Shown: positions 24,669 through 35,193 of the stretch, piece by piece | Layout: each line of letters begins with the position of its first letter | Position numbering within the stretch: the stretch's first letter is position 1 | Source of the DNA: an uncultured SAR86 cluster bacterium | GTDB taxonomy: Bacteria > Pseudomonadota > Gammaproteobacteria > Magnimaribacterales > D2472 | Assembly: GCA_902630885.1 (NCBI GenBank) | Contig: CACOWI010000004.1 | Span: 8,762-72,761, forward strand | Direction of reading: 5' to 3' | DNA: 64,000 bases | Made by a program: the position numbers and the translations under genes | Notes under the pieces: model-generated | Told to the model about the DNA's origin: nothing | What the model saw: the letters and a program-made list of their open reading frames with translations, nothing else | Databases searched by the model: none

Positions 24669-25610
24669 TAAGTTGCTCAAACTCAATAAATATAAGATAT
24701 AACCACTAACAAACAAAATACCTACGAACCGAATTATTGTGATTGAGAAAATTTTAGTTGAATAAATCAATACAACTAGCATAAATAGAAGTGTTGCTAT
24801 GATCATTATTAAATAGTCCCTGCCTAATAAAACTTCATCTAGTTGAACGTTTGAAAAAAATCCAATAATTGGAACTACCAATGTTATATTTAATACGTTT
24901 GAACCAATAACGTTTCCAACAACCATATCTGTTTTCTTCTTAAGCACTGCGCTAATCGTTGCAGCTAATTCTGGAAGGCTGGTGCCTATCGCAATAATGG
25001 TAAGCCCTATAATTAATTCTGATACATTCAAGAAAAGAGCAATTTTTTCGGCATAGATTACTGCATATCTAGAACCTAAGATTAGTGCTATTAATCCAAC
25101 TGTTAAAAAAATTAAAGTGACTAAACTATTTTTATTTTTATCTACATCAATATTTGTTTGAGTATTTTTATTAGCATTTATGACATATAAAAAATAAAAG
25201 AAAGCTATTATTAAAAGAGCGCCATCAAGCATTGAAACATTTAAATCAATCAATACATAACCAAGAACTCCTGCTGAAACTAAAAACGGCATTAACTGTA
25301 TTATCGGTGTCTTTTTTGGTAAAAAAGACATCCCAATACATGAGACACCAAATATAAGAGCTATATTTGATATATTTGAACCAACCACTGCACCCATCGC
25401 AATACTCTCACTGTTATTTAAAACAGATGAAATTCCAACAAATATTTCAGGAGCTGATGTGCCCAGCGCAACTATGGTGAGTCCTATGGTAAGCTCACTA
25501 ACACCAACCTTTTTTGCAACTAATGATGAGTTATCAACAAACTTATCTGCGCCCCAAATCAATAAGATTAAAGAAGCAACCAAACCAAGAAAATTTATCA
25601 TTAACTCCAT
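24663..25610 (-). CDS. yrbG: Ca2+/Na+ (CaCA family, YrbG-type) antiporter
   Basis: Two alpha-repeat signatures, 'LGTSAPEIFV' and 'IGTSLPELAA', in a 10-TM, 315-aa protein. Confidence 0.85.
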   Translation of the reverse strand: MELMINFLGLVASLILLIWGADKFVDNSSLVAKKVGVSELTIGLTIVALGTSAPEIFVGISSVLNNSESIAMGAVVGSNISNIALIFGVSCIGMSFLPKKTPIIQLMPFLVSAGVLGYVLIDLNVSMLDGALLIIAFFYFLYVINANKNTQTNIDVDKNKNSLVTLIFLTVGLIALILGSRYAVIYAEKIALFLNVSELIIGLTIIAIGTSLPELAATISAVLKKKTDMVVGNVIGSNVLNITLVVPIIGFFSNVQLDEVLLGRDYLIMIIATLLFMLVVLIYSTKIFSITIIRFVGILFVSGYILYLLSLSNLL

Positions 25611-25698
25611 AATTTATTTTACCTCAGTTGTGAATAGAGATTATGATTCAACTTTAAAAATACAATATAATTTAATAACAAATTAATAGGGAACTAAG

Positions 25699-26496
25699 AT
25701 GGAAATCAATAATTTATTCAATGTGTCTGGAAAAGTTGCTGTTGTAACCGGTGGCTCAAGGGGAATAGGAGAAATGATTACAGCTGGATTTTTGGCAAAT
25801 GGAGTAAAAGTTTATATTTCAGCCAGAAAAGCTCCTGCCTTGATTGAAAAAGCAAGTGAGTTATCTGAAAAGTATAATCAAGAGTGTATACCGGTGCCAT
25901 GTGACCTGAGTTCAATGGAGGGCATTAATGATTTCGTAAATGAAATTTCAGATAAAGAAGGCGGAATTGATTTTTTAATTAATAATGCAGGAGCAGCATG
26001 GGGTGAGCCATTAGAAAGTTTTTCAGAAAAAGGTTGGGATAAGGTGATGGACCTCAATGTAAAATCTATATTCTTTTTGACTCAAAAGCTTAGGCCATTA
26101 CTAAATAAAAATGCTAGTGATGACGATCCATCTAGAGTTATAAATATAGGATCTATTGATGGATTGAATGTTCCATCAATGGAAACATATCCATATGGCG
26201 CCTCCAAAGCAGCTGTTCATCATTTAACAAGAGTTCTAGCCGCAAGACTAGTTAATGAAAATATTCTTGTAAATGCAATAGCTCCAGGGCCTTATCCTAG
26301 CAATATGCTTGGAGCTGCTGTAAATCATGACTATTCTGAAATTGCGAAAAGAAATCCAAGAAAAAGAGTAGGAACTCCTGAGGATATGGCAGGCCTAGCT
26401 ATATTTTTATGCTCAAGGGCAGGGGCTTATACTGTTGGTGAGACTATAACCTCTGATGGCGGTATTGTTAAAACCGCAAGTCACAATTTAAGTTAG
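25699..26496 (+). CDS. short-chain dehydrogenase/reductase (SDR)
   Basis: 'VTGGSRGIG' cofactor motif, 'NNAG', catalytic 'YGASKAAV' (YxxxK). Confidence 0.85.
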   Translation: MEINNLFNVSGKVAVVTGGSRGIGEMITAGFLANGVKVYISARKAPALIEKASELSEKYNQECIPVPCDLSSMEGINDFVNEISDKEGGIDFLINNAGAAWGEPLESFSEKGWDKVMDLNVKSIFFLTQKLRPLLNKNASDDDPSRVINIGSIDGLNVPSMETYPYGASKAAVHHLTRVLAARLVNENILVNAIAPGPYPSNMLGAAVNHDYSEIAKRNPRKRVGTPEDMAGLAIFLCSRAGAYTVGETITSDGGIVKTASHNLS

Positions 26497-26504
26497 GTTC
26501 TTTT

Positions 26505-27407
26505 TTATCTTTGTGCGTCTTTGAAAGCTCTAACTATTAAATCTTTCATCCAGTTATGACCGCCATCGCCTTCATCACTTTTATGCCAAATTAGGAAATA
26601 CTCCATTGATGGTATTTCAATTGGAATTTCAAAGAAAGGAAGATTATTTCTTTTTGCAAAACTTCGTGTTCCCATCAATACCAAGTCTGTTGACTGAATA
26701 ATTGTAGGAGCAATTAAAAAATGCTGGCATCTAAGAGCTACCTTTCTTTTATGACCAATTTTATCAAGCTCAACATCGATTAGATGTAAACCCCTTTTTC
26801 TTCCGGACACATGTAAGTGCTTTTGACTAAGAATATCGTCAACCGAAGGATTTTTAATTTTAGATAAATCATGATCCTCCCTATGCATTACAACAAAATC
26901 ATCTTCAAAAACTTTTTCAGAATTTATTTCATCAGATCTTGGAATAACTGGATCAACTACAAAATCTAAATTATTTGTTGAAAGAGCATGAACTTGATCA
27001 CCTCTTGGATAAGCATAACTTCCAACAGAAATATTTGGAGCTTCCTTATAGATTTCTCTCATGATAAATGGCAGAACTCTGCCTTCAGAAACGTCCCCAA
27101 GTGATAATTTAAAATTTCTTTTTGTTGAACTAGCATCAAAAGTATCTGGCTCATTTACACTCTGTTGAATTAGAGTGAGTGCACTTTGAACATCCTGAAT
27201 CATATTTTCAGTTTTTTGAGTAGGCACCATACCAGAACCTGTTCTTACAAAAAGATCGTCATTAAACTTTTCTCTTAATCTTGAAAGAGCATTACTAACA
27301 GCTGGTTGAGTTATTCCAACTACTTCAGCAGCCTTTGTAAGACTTCCCTCTGTATAGATAGCATTTAGGATTACAAAAAGATTTAGATCAAAAGAACTTA
27401 TTTTCAT
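26505..27407 (-). CDS. LysR-family transcriptional regulator
   Basis: N-terminal wHTH 'GSLTKAAEVVGITQPAVSNALSRLR' and a roughly 300-aa LTTR layout. Divergent from the ACAD at 27568. Confidence 0.9.
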   Translation of the reverse strand: MKISSFDLNLFVILNAIYTEGSLTKAAEVVGITQPAVSNALSRLREKFNDDLFVRTGSGMVPTQKTENMIQDVQSALTLIQQSVNEPDTFDASSTKRNFKLSLGDVSEGRVLPFIMREIYKEAPNISVGSYAYPRGDQVHALSTNNLDFVVDPVIPRSDEINSEKVFEDDFVVMHREDHDLSKIKNPSVDDILSQKHLHVSGRKRGLHLIDVELDKIGHKRKVALRCQHFLIAPTIIQSTDLVLMGTRSFAKRNNLPFFEIPIEIPSMEYFLIWHKSDEGDGGHNWMKDLIVRAFKDAQR

Positions 27408-27506
27408 TTATATGCCTCAAATTCGAATTTAAAGTAATTAATATTTATATTTGGTTCATATAGATTTGTCTTTAACATACGGCTATCATAGAAATTAGTT
27501 ACTTTT

Positions 27507-27522
27507 ATACTATTCATAGTAT
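27507..27522. promoter_or_regulatory. candidate LysR operator: perfect palindrome ATACTAT-TC-ATAGTAT
   Basis: 7-bp arms with a 2-nt spacer in the 160-nt divergent region. A related half-site 'CTATCATAG' lies about 25 nt upstream. Confidence 0.3.
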
Positions 27523-27567
27523 TTATAATGGTAACAAAATTTTTGATATAAAGGGAGATTTAAGCAC

Positions 27568-28785
27568 ATGATGCCACAATTAAAACCTGAAGCTATTGAA
27601 CTGGTTGAGAAAGTTAAAGACTTTATCGATAGTGAAGTTAGACCAAAAGAACACTTGTTTCATGAACAAATTAATGAGGGTAAGGATAGGTGGAGCAGTT
27701 ATCCAAAGGTTATTGATGAATTAAAAGAAAAAGCTAGGGCAAATGGTCTTTGGAATTTATTTCTTCCAGAAAGTGAATTTGGTGCTGGTCTTTCAAATTA
27801 TGAATATGCTCATCTTGCAGAGGAGATGGGTAAGTCCCATATTGCTTCTGAAGCAATGAATTGCAGTGCGCCAGATACTGGAAATATGGAAGTTATTGCC
27901 AGATACGGAAACGAACAGCATCAAGAAGAGTGGCTTAAACCATTACTTGATGGTGAGATAAGGTCTGCTTTTAGTATGACTGAACCAGGAACAGCTTCAT
28001 CAGATGCAACAAATATGCAAGCGACCGCCGTTTTGGATGGAGATGAATATGTCATTAATGGTGAGAAATGGTGGACATCAGGAGCTGGTGATCCTAGGTG
28101 CAAAATTCTTATATTTATGTGTGTTACTAATCCTGACAATCCTAAGCACCAGAGACATTCAATGATTCTAGTACCAATGGAAACTGAAGGCGTTGAAATC
28201 ATTCAAATGATGCATGTGTTTGGATATGATGATGCACCTCATGGACATGCTCACATGAAATTTACTAATGTAAGAGTACCGAAAGAAAATCTTCTCCTCG
28301 GTGAAGGAAGAGGCTTTGAGATTGCGCAAGGACGCTTAGGGCCTGGAAGAATTCATCATTGCATGAGGGCAATTGGTGCAGGTGAGGTTGCAATAGAATT
28401 AATGTGTAAAAGAGGTATCGATCCTAACAAGGTAGCATTTGGAAAAAATTTAGCTCAGCTTGGAGCTAACTTTGATTATATTGCCGAGTCAAGAATCGAG
28501 CTAAATGCTGCAAGGTTTCTAACACTAGATGCTGCTGTCAAAATGGACACAGTTGGAAATAAGGTTGCAGCAAGTGAAATAGCTCAAATTAAAGTATATG
28601 CTCCAAATGTAGCATTGAAGATTATTGATAGAGCAATTCAAATTCATGGTGGTGAAGGTGTATCACAACTTACACCACTTGCGTCTATGTATGCTCATAT
28701 GAGAACACTGAGACTCGCTGATGGTCCTGATGAAGTCCATAGAAGAGCCGTTGCAAGATATGAGCTTGGGAAATATATGAGTTAA
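27568..28785 (+). CDS. acyl-CoA dehydrogenase, ACAD10/11 (FadE2-like) type
   Basis: '[15 protein letters not shown]', 'GEKWWTSGA' and C-terminal '[17 protein letters not shown]' characteristic of this ACAD subgroup. Confidence 0.85.
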   Translation: MMPQLKPEAIELVEKVKDFIDSEVRPKEHLFHEQINEGKDRWSSYPKVIDELKEKARANGLWNLFLPESEFGAGLSNYEYAHLAEEMGKSHIASEAMNCSAPDTGNMEVIARYGNEQHQEEWLKPLLDGEIRSAFSMTEPGTASSDATNMQATAVLDGDEYVINGEKWWTSGAGDPRCKILIFMCVTNPDNPKHQRHSMILVPMETEGVEIIQMMHVFGYDDAPHGHAHMKFTNVRVPKENLLLGEGRGFEIAQGRLGPGRIHHCMRAIGAGEVAIELMCKRGIDPNKVAFGKNLAQLGANFDYIAESRIELNAARFLTLDAAVKMDTVGNKVAASEIAQIKVYAPNVALKIIDRAIQIHGGEGVSQLTPLASMYAHMRTLRLADGPDEVHRRAVARYELGKYMS

Positions 28786-28789
28786 AGAA

Positions 28790-30187
28790 TTGTCGAGCAA
28801 TTTAATCTTTTACGATACTGAAACGACTGGAATACACAAAGATTTTAGCCAAATAATTCAATGTGGCTCTGTTCTTACAGATAACTCATTTAACATAATA
28901 GATCAGCAAAATATTGGCAGTAAACCATTACCTTGGATTATTCCTCAACCCAAAGCCATGCTGACAAATAAAAAAATAAACTCCTTTTCGTCAAATATAT
29001 CTCATTATGAAATGATGAAAGATATTCAACACAAATGGAAAGAGTGGTGTGTAGATTTGCCTTCAATATTTGTCACATATAACGGACATGCTTTTGATGA
29101 AGAGCTGATCAGAAGGCAGTTTTGGTGTAATCTTTTAGAGCCATACATTACTAATACAAATCAAAATGGAAGACTTGACTTGATGTTGATGATTCATAAT
29201 GTAGCTTCATTTTTTTCAGACGAGATATCAATTCCTTTATTTGAAGATGGGCCTGCTTTAAGTATTAAGTTGGAGCATCTAGCAAACGAACATGGTATTG
29301 ATGTAAGTGATGCTCATGATGCAATTTCAGACTGCAAATTTATGATAGGGCTTTGTAAAGTTATTAAAGATAAAATACCTGAAGTATTTGATTCATTTTT
29401 GGATATATCAACAAAGGAGGGTGTTAAAAATCTTTTATATTCTGATGAATTTCTTGCGCTTGGTGAGGTCTACAGGCGACATCCTTTTAAGTATCCTGTT
29501 GTAATTTGTGGCGCAGACAATTCCAGACCTAATGATATATGCTTCTTTGATTTAAGCTTTGATCCGGACGAAATAATTGATTTAGATTTCACTGAAATTA
29601 ATAAAATGATTCAATCTGGAGGAAGAGACTTACCTCTAAAAAAATATAAAATAAATAAAACAATACCGATATGCTCAAGCAAATACCTTACAAAAAATAA
29701 TCACTTCGATATAAGTCATGATGAGCTTCAAAGAAGGGCAGATGTAGTAAAGTCCAACAAAGATTTTTTTACGAAGGTATCACAAGCCATGGAAGACAGA
29801 ATCATGAATTTCCCTGAACCCAATTATGTTGAAGGAACCATATATTCTGGTGGTTTTCCTTCCTATAGGGACCAAGATCTCATGAAAGAATTTCACCACA
29901 CTGATAATATTGAACAACTTATTAAAATCTCAAGAAATTTCGAAGATGAAAGATTTCGTCTTTTAGCCGAAAGAATTATATGTAACAAAAATCAATCAGG
30001 TATTCCTGATGACATTAAAACAAGATTTGATGATTTGATTCATGAAAGAATTCAAACTGAGGGCAAATGGGGTTCTGCAGAGAAAGCACTAAATGAAATT
30101 GATAAGCTACTTGATGAAAAAGAATCTGAAGAAGATCAAAAGATTCTTCTAGCAACTAAAGAATATATCAACACATTAAAAAACTAA
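28790..30187 (+). CDS. sbcB: exodeoxyribonuclease I
   Basis: DEDDh ExoI motif 'IFYDTETTG', 'NGHAFDEEL' and 'AHDAISD'. The ~465-aa length is typical of ExoI. TTG start. Confidence 0.8.
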   Translation: MSSNLIFYDTETTGIHKDFSQIIQCGSVLTDNSFNIIDQQNIGSKPLPWIIPQPKAMLTNKKINSFSSNISHYEMMKDIQHKWKEWCVDLPSIFVTYNGHAFDEELIRRQFWCNLLEPYITNTNQNGRLDLMLMIHNVASFFSDEISIPLFEDGPALSIKLEHLANEHGIDVSDAHDAISDCKFMIGLCKVIKDKIPEVFDSFLDISTKEGVKNLLYSDEFLALGEVYRRHPFKYPVVICGADNSRPNDICFFDLSFDPDEIIDLDFTEINKMIQSGGRDLPLKKYKINKTIPICSSKYLTKNNHFDISHDELQRRADVVKSNKDFFTKVSQAMEDRIMNFPEPNYVEGTIYSGGFPSYRDQDLMKEFHHTDNIEQLIKISRNFEDERFRLLAERIICNKNQSGIPDDIKTRFDDLIHERIQTEGKWGSAEKALNEIDKLLDEKESEEDQKILLATKEYINTLKN

Positions 30188-30193
30188 CTGGAA

Positions 30194-30270
30194 TGGTGGG
30201 CGAGGAGAGATTCGAACTCCCGACTTCCTGCGTGTCGAGCAGACACTCTAACCAACTGAGTTACTCGCCC
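30194..30270 (-). tRNA. tRNA-Val (anticodon GAC), CCA encoded; anticodon loop reads TCGACAC (C at position 33)
   Basis: The reverse complement folds as GGGCGAG-TA-ACTC-AGTTGGTTA-GAGT-G-TCTGC-TCGACAC-GCAGG-AAGTC-GGGAG-TTCGAAT-CTCTC-CTCGCCC-A-CCA. Confidence 0.8.
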
Positions 30271-30313
30271 AATAAAGAGGAGTAATTTTACACAAAAATT
30301 TTGTTAAATAATA

Positions 30314-30769
30314 TTAATTAACTTTTGAAAGCTGTTCATCAAGTCTTGTTTGGTTCATAACGAATCTAGACTTAAACTGTCCTGCTACATTTTTTACATT
30401 AGCTAAATTAGAATTATCGTTTCCTACTTGTATGACACCAACCATGGCCATCATTGCATGCGGTGTACATTGGTAACCGTAAACTCCTGGAATATCAAAA
30501 GTAACTGTAACATCTCTACTGAGTTGACCATTCCAAGAACTTGCACCAGCAGGGATCATACCTGGTATTGATGCAGAATTATGAGCTGGATCAGTTGATT
30601 CAAAAGTTACCGTATCTCCAACGTTAATTTTGAGGAATGCTGGCTCAAAAACCATAACACCTGTAGCTCCTTGATTGAGCATCTTAACAGTATGATTATC
30701 TGAATATATATCAAAACTAAGAATGATAATCGGTAAAGCTAGCAATAATTTTGTAAATAAAATGTTCAT
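30314..30769 (-). CDS. pseudoazurin (type-1 blue copper protein)
   Basis: Aligns by eye with Alcaligenes pseudoazurin: 'VKMLNQGATGVMVFEPAFLK', 'GDTVTF', Cu ligands in 'YQCTPHAMMAMVGVIQVG'. Has a signal peptide. Confidence 0.9.
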   Translation of the reverse strand: MNILFTKLLLALPIIILSFDIYSDNHTVKMLNQGATGVMVFEPAFLKINVGDTVTFESTDPAHNSASIPGMIPAGASSWNGQLSRDVTVTFDIPGVYGYQCTPHAMMAMVGVIQVGNDNSNLANVKNVAGQFKSRFVMNQTRLDEQLSKVN

Positions 30770-30890
30770 AGATATTATTATATTTATTTATAATAGAATA
30801 TCAATATAATTTATATTATTAAGTATTTGCTTAATATAAAAAAATGATTATATTAGTTATACATTTTCATTAACTTTTTCAATATTTACT

Positions 30891-32096
30891 ATGAATTTAC
30901 ACATAAACAAAAAGATTTTTTTATTACTAACTTTATTACTCCCTTTTGCTGAAATAGTAAATGCAAGTTATTTCCCAGATAAAGATAACTGGGATATTTC
31001 ATCACCAGAAAATGAGGGTGTTAGCCCAGATAAAATTGATAGATTAATGGATTTATCATTTTCAGATGATGCAACACAAGCAGTTGTAGTAATTAAAAAT
31101 GGAAAAATAATCTCAGAAAAATATGCAGATGGATATGATTTAAATTCTCACGGTACTTCATGGTCTATGGCAAAAAGTTATTATGCTGCATTGATTGGTA
31201 TTTCACTTGATCGAGGTGAGATCAACAGTCTTGATGATAAAGTTTCTAAATATCTTGAGTATTTTAGTGATGAGAGATCAGACATTACTTTAAGAGATTT
31301 ACTTGATATGTCTAGCGGTTTAGATTTTCCAACTCATGAACATGAAAAAATGTTTTTTCAATCAGATCATCTTGAGTATGCAAAAAAAGTAGGCGTTGAA
31401 AAAAATGCTGGAGAAAAATTTGAGTATAACAATGTAAATTCTATGCTTTTGGGTGACATTTTATTTCAGGCAACTGGTAAAAAAGCCGATGAACTTTTCA
31501 AAGAAAGAATTTTAGATCCGCTTGGTATAAAGGATTTCAAGCTATGGAAAGATGAAAAGGGTAATGTAATGACATATTGCTGTGTAGACATGTCGGCTAG
31601 AGATTATTCAAAGTTAGGTCTATTGTTTTCTCGAGACGGAATATGGAATGATGAGCAAATAATTTCAAAAGAATTTGTAGATGAAACCTTTCAAGTTGTT
31701 TGGGAGACACCAAGCAGATTTACTGACTATAAAAGATATTATTCACTTCATTGGTGGGTATCAAAATATGATGAAGAATCAAAAATTTTTAATACAAGTG
31801 GTAAGTTTGGTCAATACACCTTTGTTGATAGAGAAAATGACGTAGTTGTAACAAGAATTTCTAAATATTCTGAACAAAACAATGGTTCAACTCAAAAATG
31901 GGGCATTATGAAGTATTTAAGATGGGCAGGAATAGAAAATGCGATTGCCATTGGGAGAATGTTAATAGCTTCAGGCACTATAGAGTCAGGCTCAGACATC
32001 ATTACTCCATTTACTGAAGAGGAAGGCGAGTCTTATGAATTTTATGTTAAATATCCAGAGATAATAGACTCTATTGCTGATTTAAGTCGTAATTAA
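30891..32096 (+). CDS. beta-lactamase-family serine hydrolase (secreted)
   Basis: Signal peptide, SxxK-type 'GTSWSMAKSYY', and the general class-C/esterase-like layout. Confidence 0.65.
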   Translation: MNLHINKKIFLLLTLLLPFAEIVNASYFPDKDNWDISSPENEGVSPDKIDRLMDLSFSDDATQAVVVIKNGKIISEKYADGYDLNSHGTSWSMAKSYYAALIGISLDRGEINSLDDKVSKYLEYFSDERSDITLRDLLDMSSGLDFPTHEHEKMFFQSDHLEYAKKVGVEKNAGEKFEYNNVNSMLLGDILFQATGKKADELFKERILDPLGIKDFKLWKDEKGNVMTYCCVDMSARDYSKLGLLFSRDGIWNDEQIISKEFVDETFQVVWETPSRFTDYKRYYSLHWWVSKYDEESKIFNTSGKFGQYTFVDRENDVVVTRISKYSEQNNGSTQKWGIMKYLRWAGIENAIAIGRMLIASGTIESGSDIITPFTEEEGESYEFYVKYPEIIDSIADLSRN

Positions 32097-32277
32097 TATT
32101 TAATTCGTTAGCTTTATCCAAAAAACTTTTACTATCTTTTTTCCATTCCTCAAGATAGTAACCATCATTGCCTTGCTTTTCTATGTATCTTAGAAAAAAT
32201 CTACCGTTCTCATCTTTATAGCCTGGATAAAAAGGCTTTCCAGTTTCTCTATTTAATCTTTTGTATCTGTCATCCAT
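32071..32277 (-). CDS. possible small protein (68 aa), unknown function
   Basis: ATG lies 3 nt after the upstream permease stop. Gly/Tyr-rich 'GKPFYPGYKDENGRFF'. Its 3' end overlaps the convergent hydrolase gene by 26 nt. Weak call. Confidence 0.3.
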   Translation of the reverse strand: MDDRYKRLNRETGKPFYPGYKDENGRFFLRYIEKQGNDGYYLEEWKKDSKSFLDKANELNINYDLNQQ

Positions 32278-32280
32278 TCA

Positions 32281-34047
32281 TTAAGTCCATACAAAAAGTA
32301 TCATCGGTATGGATGCTAAAATTATTAAAATATCCATTGGTAAACCCATTCGCCAGTAATCTGTAAATTTGTAGTTACCTGGACCCATTACAACAGTGTT
32401 GCATTGATGGCCTATAGGAGTTAAAAATGCGCAGCTTGCTCCGACTGCAACAACCATTAAAAATGGCTCAATAGCATATCCTAGTTCCAAAGCAATTCCA
32501 GTCGATATTGGCGCCATAATTACCGCAGTAGCCGCATTATTAATAATATCTGTTGTTGCCATAGTAACAATCAAGATTATTAAAAGTAACCAAAAGAGAC
32601 TAAGGTCAGAAGCAAACTGAGATATTGAAGATGCTATAAGACTACTAACTCCAGTAGTTTGAATAGCAGTACCTATTGGTATCATTGCAGCTAACATAAC
32701 AATTATTGGCCAATCAATTCCTCTGTAAAAATTACTATCGATAATTTTAATACGCGCAAAACCAAGAACGCATAAAAGAAATGCCGGCGCTGCACTCAAA
32801 TAGTTAAAAGAGACCAGGAAAATCGATAACATAAAAAATAAAATTCCCTTAATAAGTCTACTTCTGCTCGGTATAGTTTGAAGCTCCCTTTGCCTTAAAG
32901 GCATTAATCCTAAATGTTTAATTTTGTTTGATACATCTTCCTCAGCAAGATCCCTGACTCCAAGAAGTAAAACATCTCCAGCCCTGAAGGTTTCTCTGGT
33001 TAATCTTGTTCTATATTTGGAGCCTTTTCTCCATAGGCCTAATAAATTGAGCTCCTCAAAAGCTAGCTTCAGAAAGAAATCATATTTTCTGCCTATAAGT
33101 CTTGATCCAGGTGTAATCATAACTTCAATTTCTTCCAGATCGTCTTCATCAAAAGAGTGAAGCTCCTTTGGGATTGAAAAATCAAAAACATCAAGAATGT
33201 TACCAATATCATCAGGCGGAGTTTTAATTACAAGAATTTGACCAGCCTTTATTCTCATGTTGTTTTGAACTTTTTTTACTGACCCACTTTCAGAAACTAT
33301 TCCAAGTATTTCAGTGTCTTCTCCAGCTTGAGTTTTAAAAGCATACAAAGTCATACCGATTGATGAGCTATTTTCATTTACAAGCACTTCGAATAAGTAA
33401 CCTTTTAGATTAATTAGACTTTCATTGGATGGAATTTCTTTTCTTAAGAAAATAAGTTTATTTCCAATGAATACAATAAATAAAATGCTTATAAAAGTTA
33501 TTACAAGTCCAACATACGAAAAATCAAAAAAATTAAACCCTGATGATGAAATTGATGCTTTATATTCAGAAATAATAATATTTGGAGGTGTGCCTATTGC
33601 TGTATTCATACCACCCAAAATACAAGCAAAGGCCAAAGGCATTAAAAATTTAGATGAGTGCCAATTCATCTTTTGACATATATTTAATGTTATCGGCAGG
33701 AGTATGGCTAATGCGCCAATATTGTTTATAAATGAAGATAGAATTGCTGCAATAAACAAAAGGGCAATTAGAAATTGTATTTCAGTAAATTCTCTGCCTC
33801 CGATAAGTTTTCCAACAAGACCAGCTATACCTGAATTACTAAGTCCCTGGCTTATTATGAGGACAAGAGCGACTGTTATAACAGCAGGATGTGCAAATCC
33901 AGCGAATGCCTCATTTGCAGGTATTATTTCAAGGACTACTAAAACAAATAATGCACCAACGGCTAAAGCATCGTATCTAATTTTTCCCCAAATAAATAAA
34001 AAAAGAAGAGCAATTAATGTTGAGGAAAGTACTATTTGATCGTTCAT
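32281..34047 (-). CDS. DASS/SLC13-type anion permease with central TrkA-C (RCK_C) domains
   Basis: 588 aa. Hydrophobic N- and C-terminal halves flank two soluble modules of about 80 aa ('GQILVIKTPPDDI', 'GDVLLLGVRDLAE'). Confidence 0.75.
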   Translation of the reverse strand: MNDQIVLSSTLIALLFLFIWGKIRYDALAVGALFVLVVLEIIPANEAFAGFAHPAVITVALVLIISQGLSNSGIAGLVGKLIGGREFTEIQFLIALLFIAAILSSFINNIGALAILLPITLNICQKMNWHSSKFLMPLAFACILGGMNTAIGTPPNIIISEYKASISSSGFNFFDFSYVGLVITFISILFIVFIGNKLIFLRKEIPSNESLINLKGYLFEVLVNENSSSIGMTLYAFKTQAGEDTEILGIVSESGSVKKVQNNMRIKAGQILVIKTPPDDIGNILDVFDFSIPKELHSFDEDDLEEIEVMITPGSRLIGRKYDFFLKLAFEELNLLGLWRKGSKYRTRLTRETFRAGDVLLLGVRDLAEEDVSNKIKHLGLMPLRQRELQTIPSRSRLIKGILFFMLSIFLVSFNYLSAAPAFLLCVLGFARIKIIDSNFYRGIDWPIIVMLAAMIPIGTAIQTTGVSSLIASSISQFASDLSLFWLLLIILIVTMATTDIINNAATAVIMAPISTGIALELGYAIEPFLMVVAVGASCAFLTPIGHQCNTVVMGPGNYKFTDYWRMGLPMDILIILASIPMILFVWT

Positions 34048-34059
34048 AAAACATCAATT

Positions 34060-35145
34060 TTATTTAGGCATAGATTCAACATATAGCGAAGTTGATGGAT
34101 AAGCAAATTCTGATTTATTGTTTTTTACAATTTTCATTATATTAAAGATTAAATTTTCTTTAACTTCATTAAATGCTGCAAATCCCATAGGATCAGCATA
34201 AGCTACAATCATTAAATCAATAGAGCTGCCACCCAGTTCTACTACTCTAACTACAGGATCTAAATCTCCGTCTGTAGTAAAGTCATTACTTTTGATTATG
34301 TAATCTTTAATTTCATTTCTTATTGATTCAAGTTGTTCAACGCTGGTTGAATATATAAGATTAATCTTCCAATTAATTCTTCTATTGATCATCTCACCAT
34401 GATTGATTACTTTCACATCTGATAAATCTTTGTTTGGTATAACCATTGGGGCAGTATCAAAAGTTCTGATAACAGTTGATCTAAAACCAATACTTTCAAC
34501 AATGCCATGTAATTGTCCACTTACCTCTATCCTGTCTCCTGGCTGAAACCTATGCTCGCCAATTATTAATATTCCAGATATTAAATTTTTAAAGAAATCT
34601 TGTGCGCCCAATGCTACTGCCACAGAAAATAATCCTAAACCTGCTACAAGTGGACCAATTTGAATACCAAAAATATCTAATATTATCGCTGCTCCAATTA
34701 CCCAAACAATGAACTTTGAGGCTCTTTCAAGCCACATTTGCATTGAGGCCGTGAGCCATGAGCTTGTAGATAAGGCAGCAAAAATAGGCTTAACACTGTT
34801 TGCGAGAGCAGTAAAAATAGTAAAAATTACAAAAGCTTTAACTATGTTAGTTGCAATGTCACCAATCAAACCTGAAAGTGGCAATATTAAAGTACAAATA
34901 TATAGAGCTATTGTTACTGGAACCAAGCCTATTGGTCTTCTCAATGCGTTGAGAATTTCATCATCTATCTTAGACTTTGTTTTATCGGCCAGTCTTCCAA
35001 GAGCATTTAATATTATTGAAATAATAAAACCCCTGAAAAGAAAGGCTATTAGAATAACTAACAGAGATGAAATGATTGAACCCAGATCAATACCTAAAAA
35101 TCCTGTATTCCAAACTTCAGATATAAGATTTATAAAATTTTCCAT
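34060..35145 (-). CDS. small-conductance mechanosensitive channel (MscS family)
   Basis: TM region followed by 'FQPGDRIEVSGQLHGIVESIGFRSTVIRTFDTAPMVIPNKDL', the MscS beta-domain signature. Confidence 0.85.
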   Translation of the reverse strand: MENFINLISEVWNTGFLGIDLGSIISSLLVILIAFLFRGFIISIILNALGRLADKTKSKIDDEILNALRRPIGLVPVTIALYICTLILPLSGLIGDIATNIVKAFVIFTIFTALANSVKPIFAALSTSSWLTASMQMWLERASKFIVWVIGAAIILDIFGIQIGPLVAGLGLFSVAVALGAQDFFKNLISGILIIGEHRFQPGDRIEVSGQLHGIVESIGFRSTVIRTFDTAPMVIPNKDLSDVKVINHGEMINRRINWKINLIYSTSVEQLESIRNEIKDYIIKSNDFTTDGDLDPVVRVVELGGSSIDLMIVAYADPMGFAAFNEVKENLIFNIMKIVKNNKSEFAYPSTSLYVESMPK

Positions 35146-35193
35146 AATATGAGTATTTTATGTTTATTTTATAAATTTAAGCAAAATTATAAT

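Noticed and set aside
20969-30270. Possible genomic island bounded by tRNA-Leu and tRNA-Val (P450, MFS, thioredoxin-like, CaCA, SDR, LysR, ACAD, sbcB)
   Set aside because: There is no integrase, transposase or phage gene, and I found no direct repeat of a tRNA 3' end. Composition and compaction match the rest of the window, and sbcB is a core gene.
33425-35152. Long plus-strand ORFs (83, 111 and 147 aa) antisense to the DASS permease and MscS genes
   Set aside because: The minus-strand products have clear family signatures. The antisense translations are low-complexity with no motifs and are most likely shadow ORFs.
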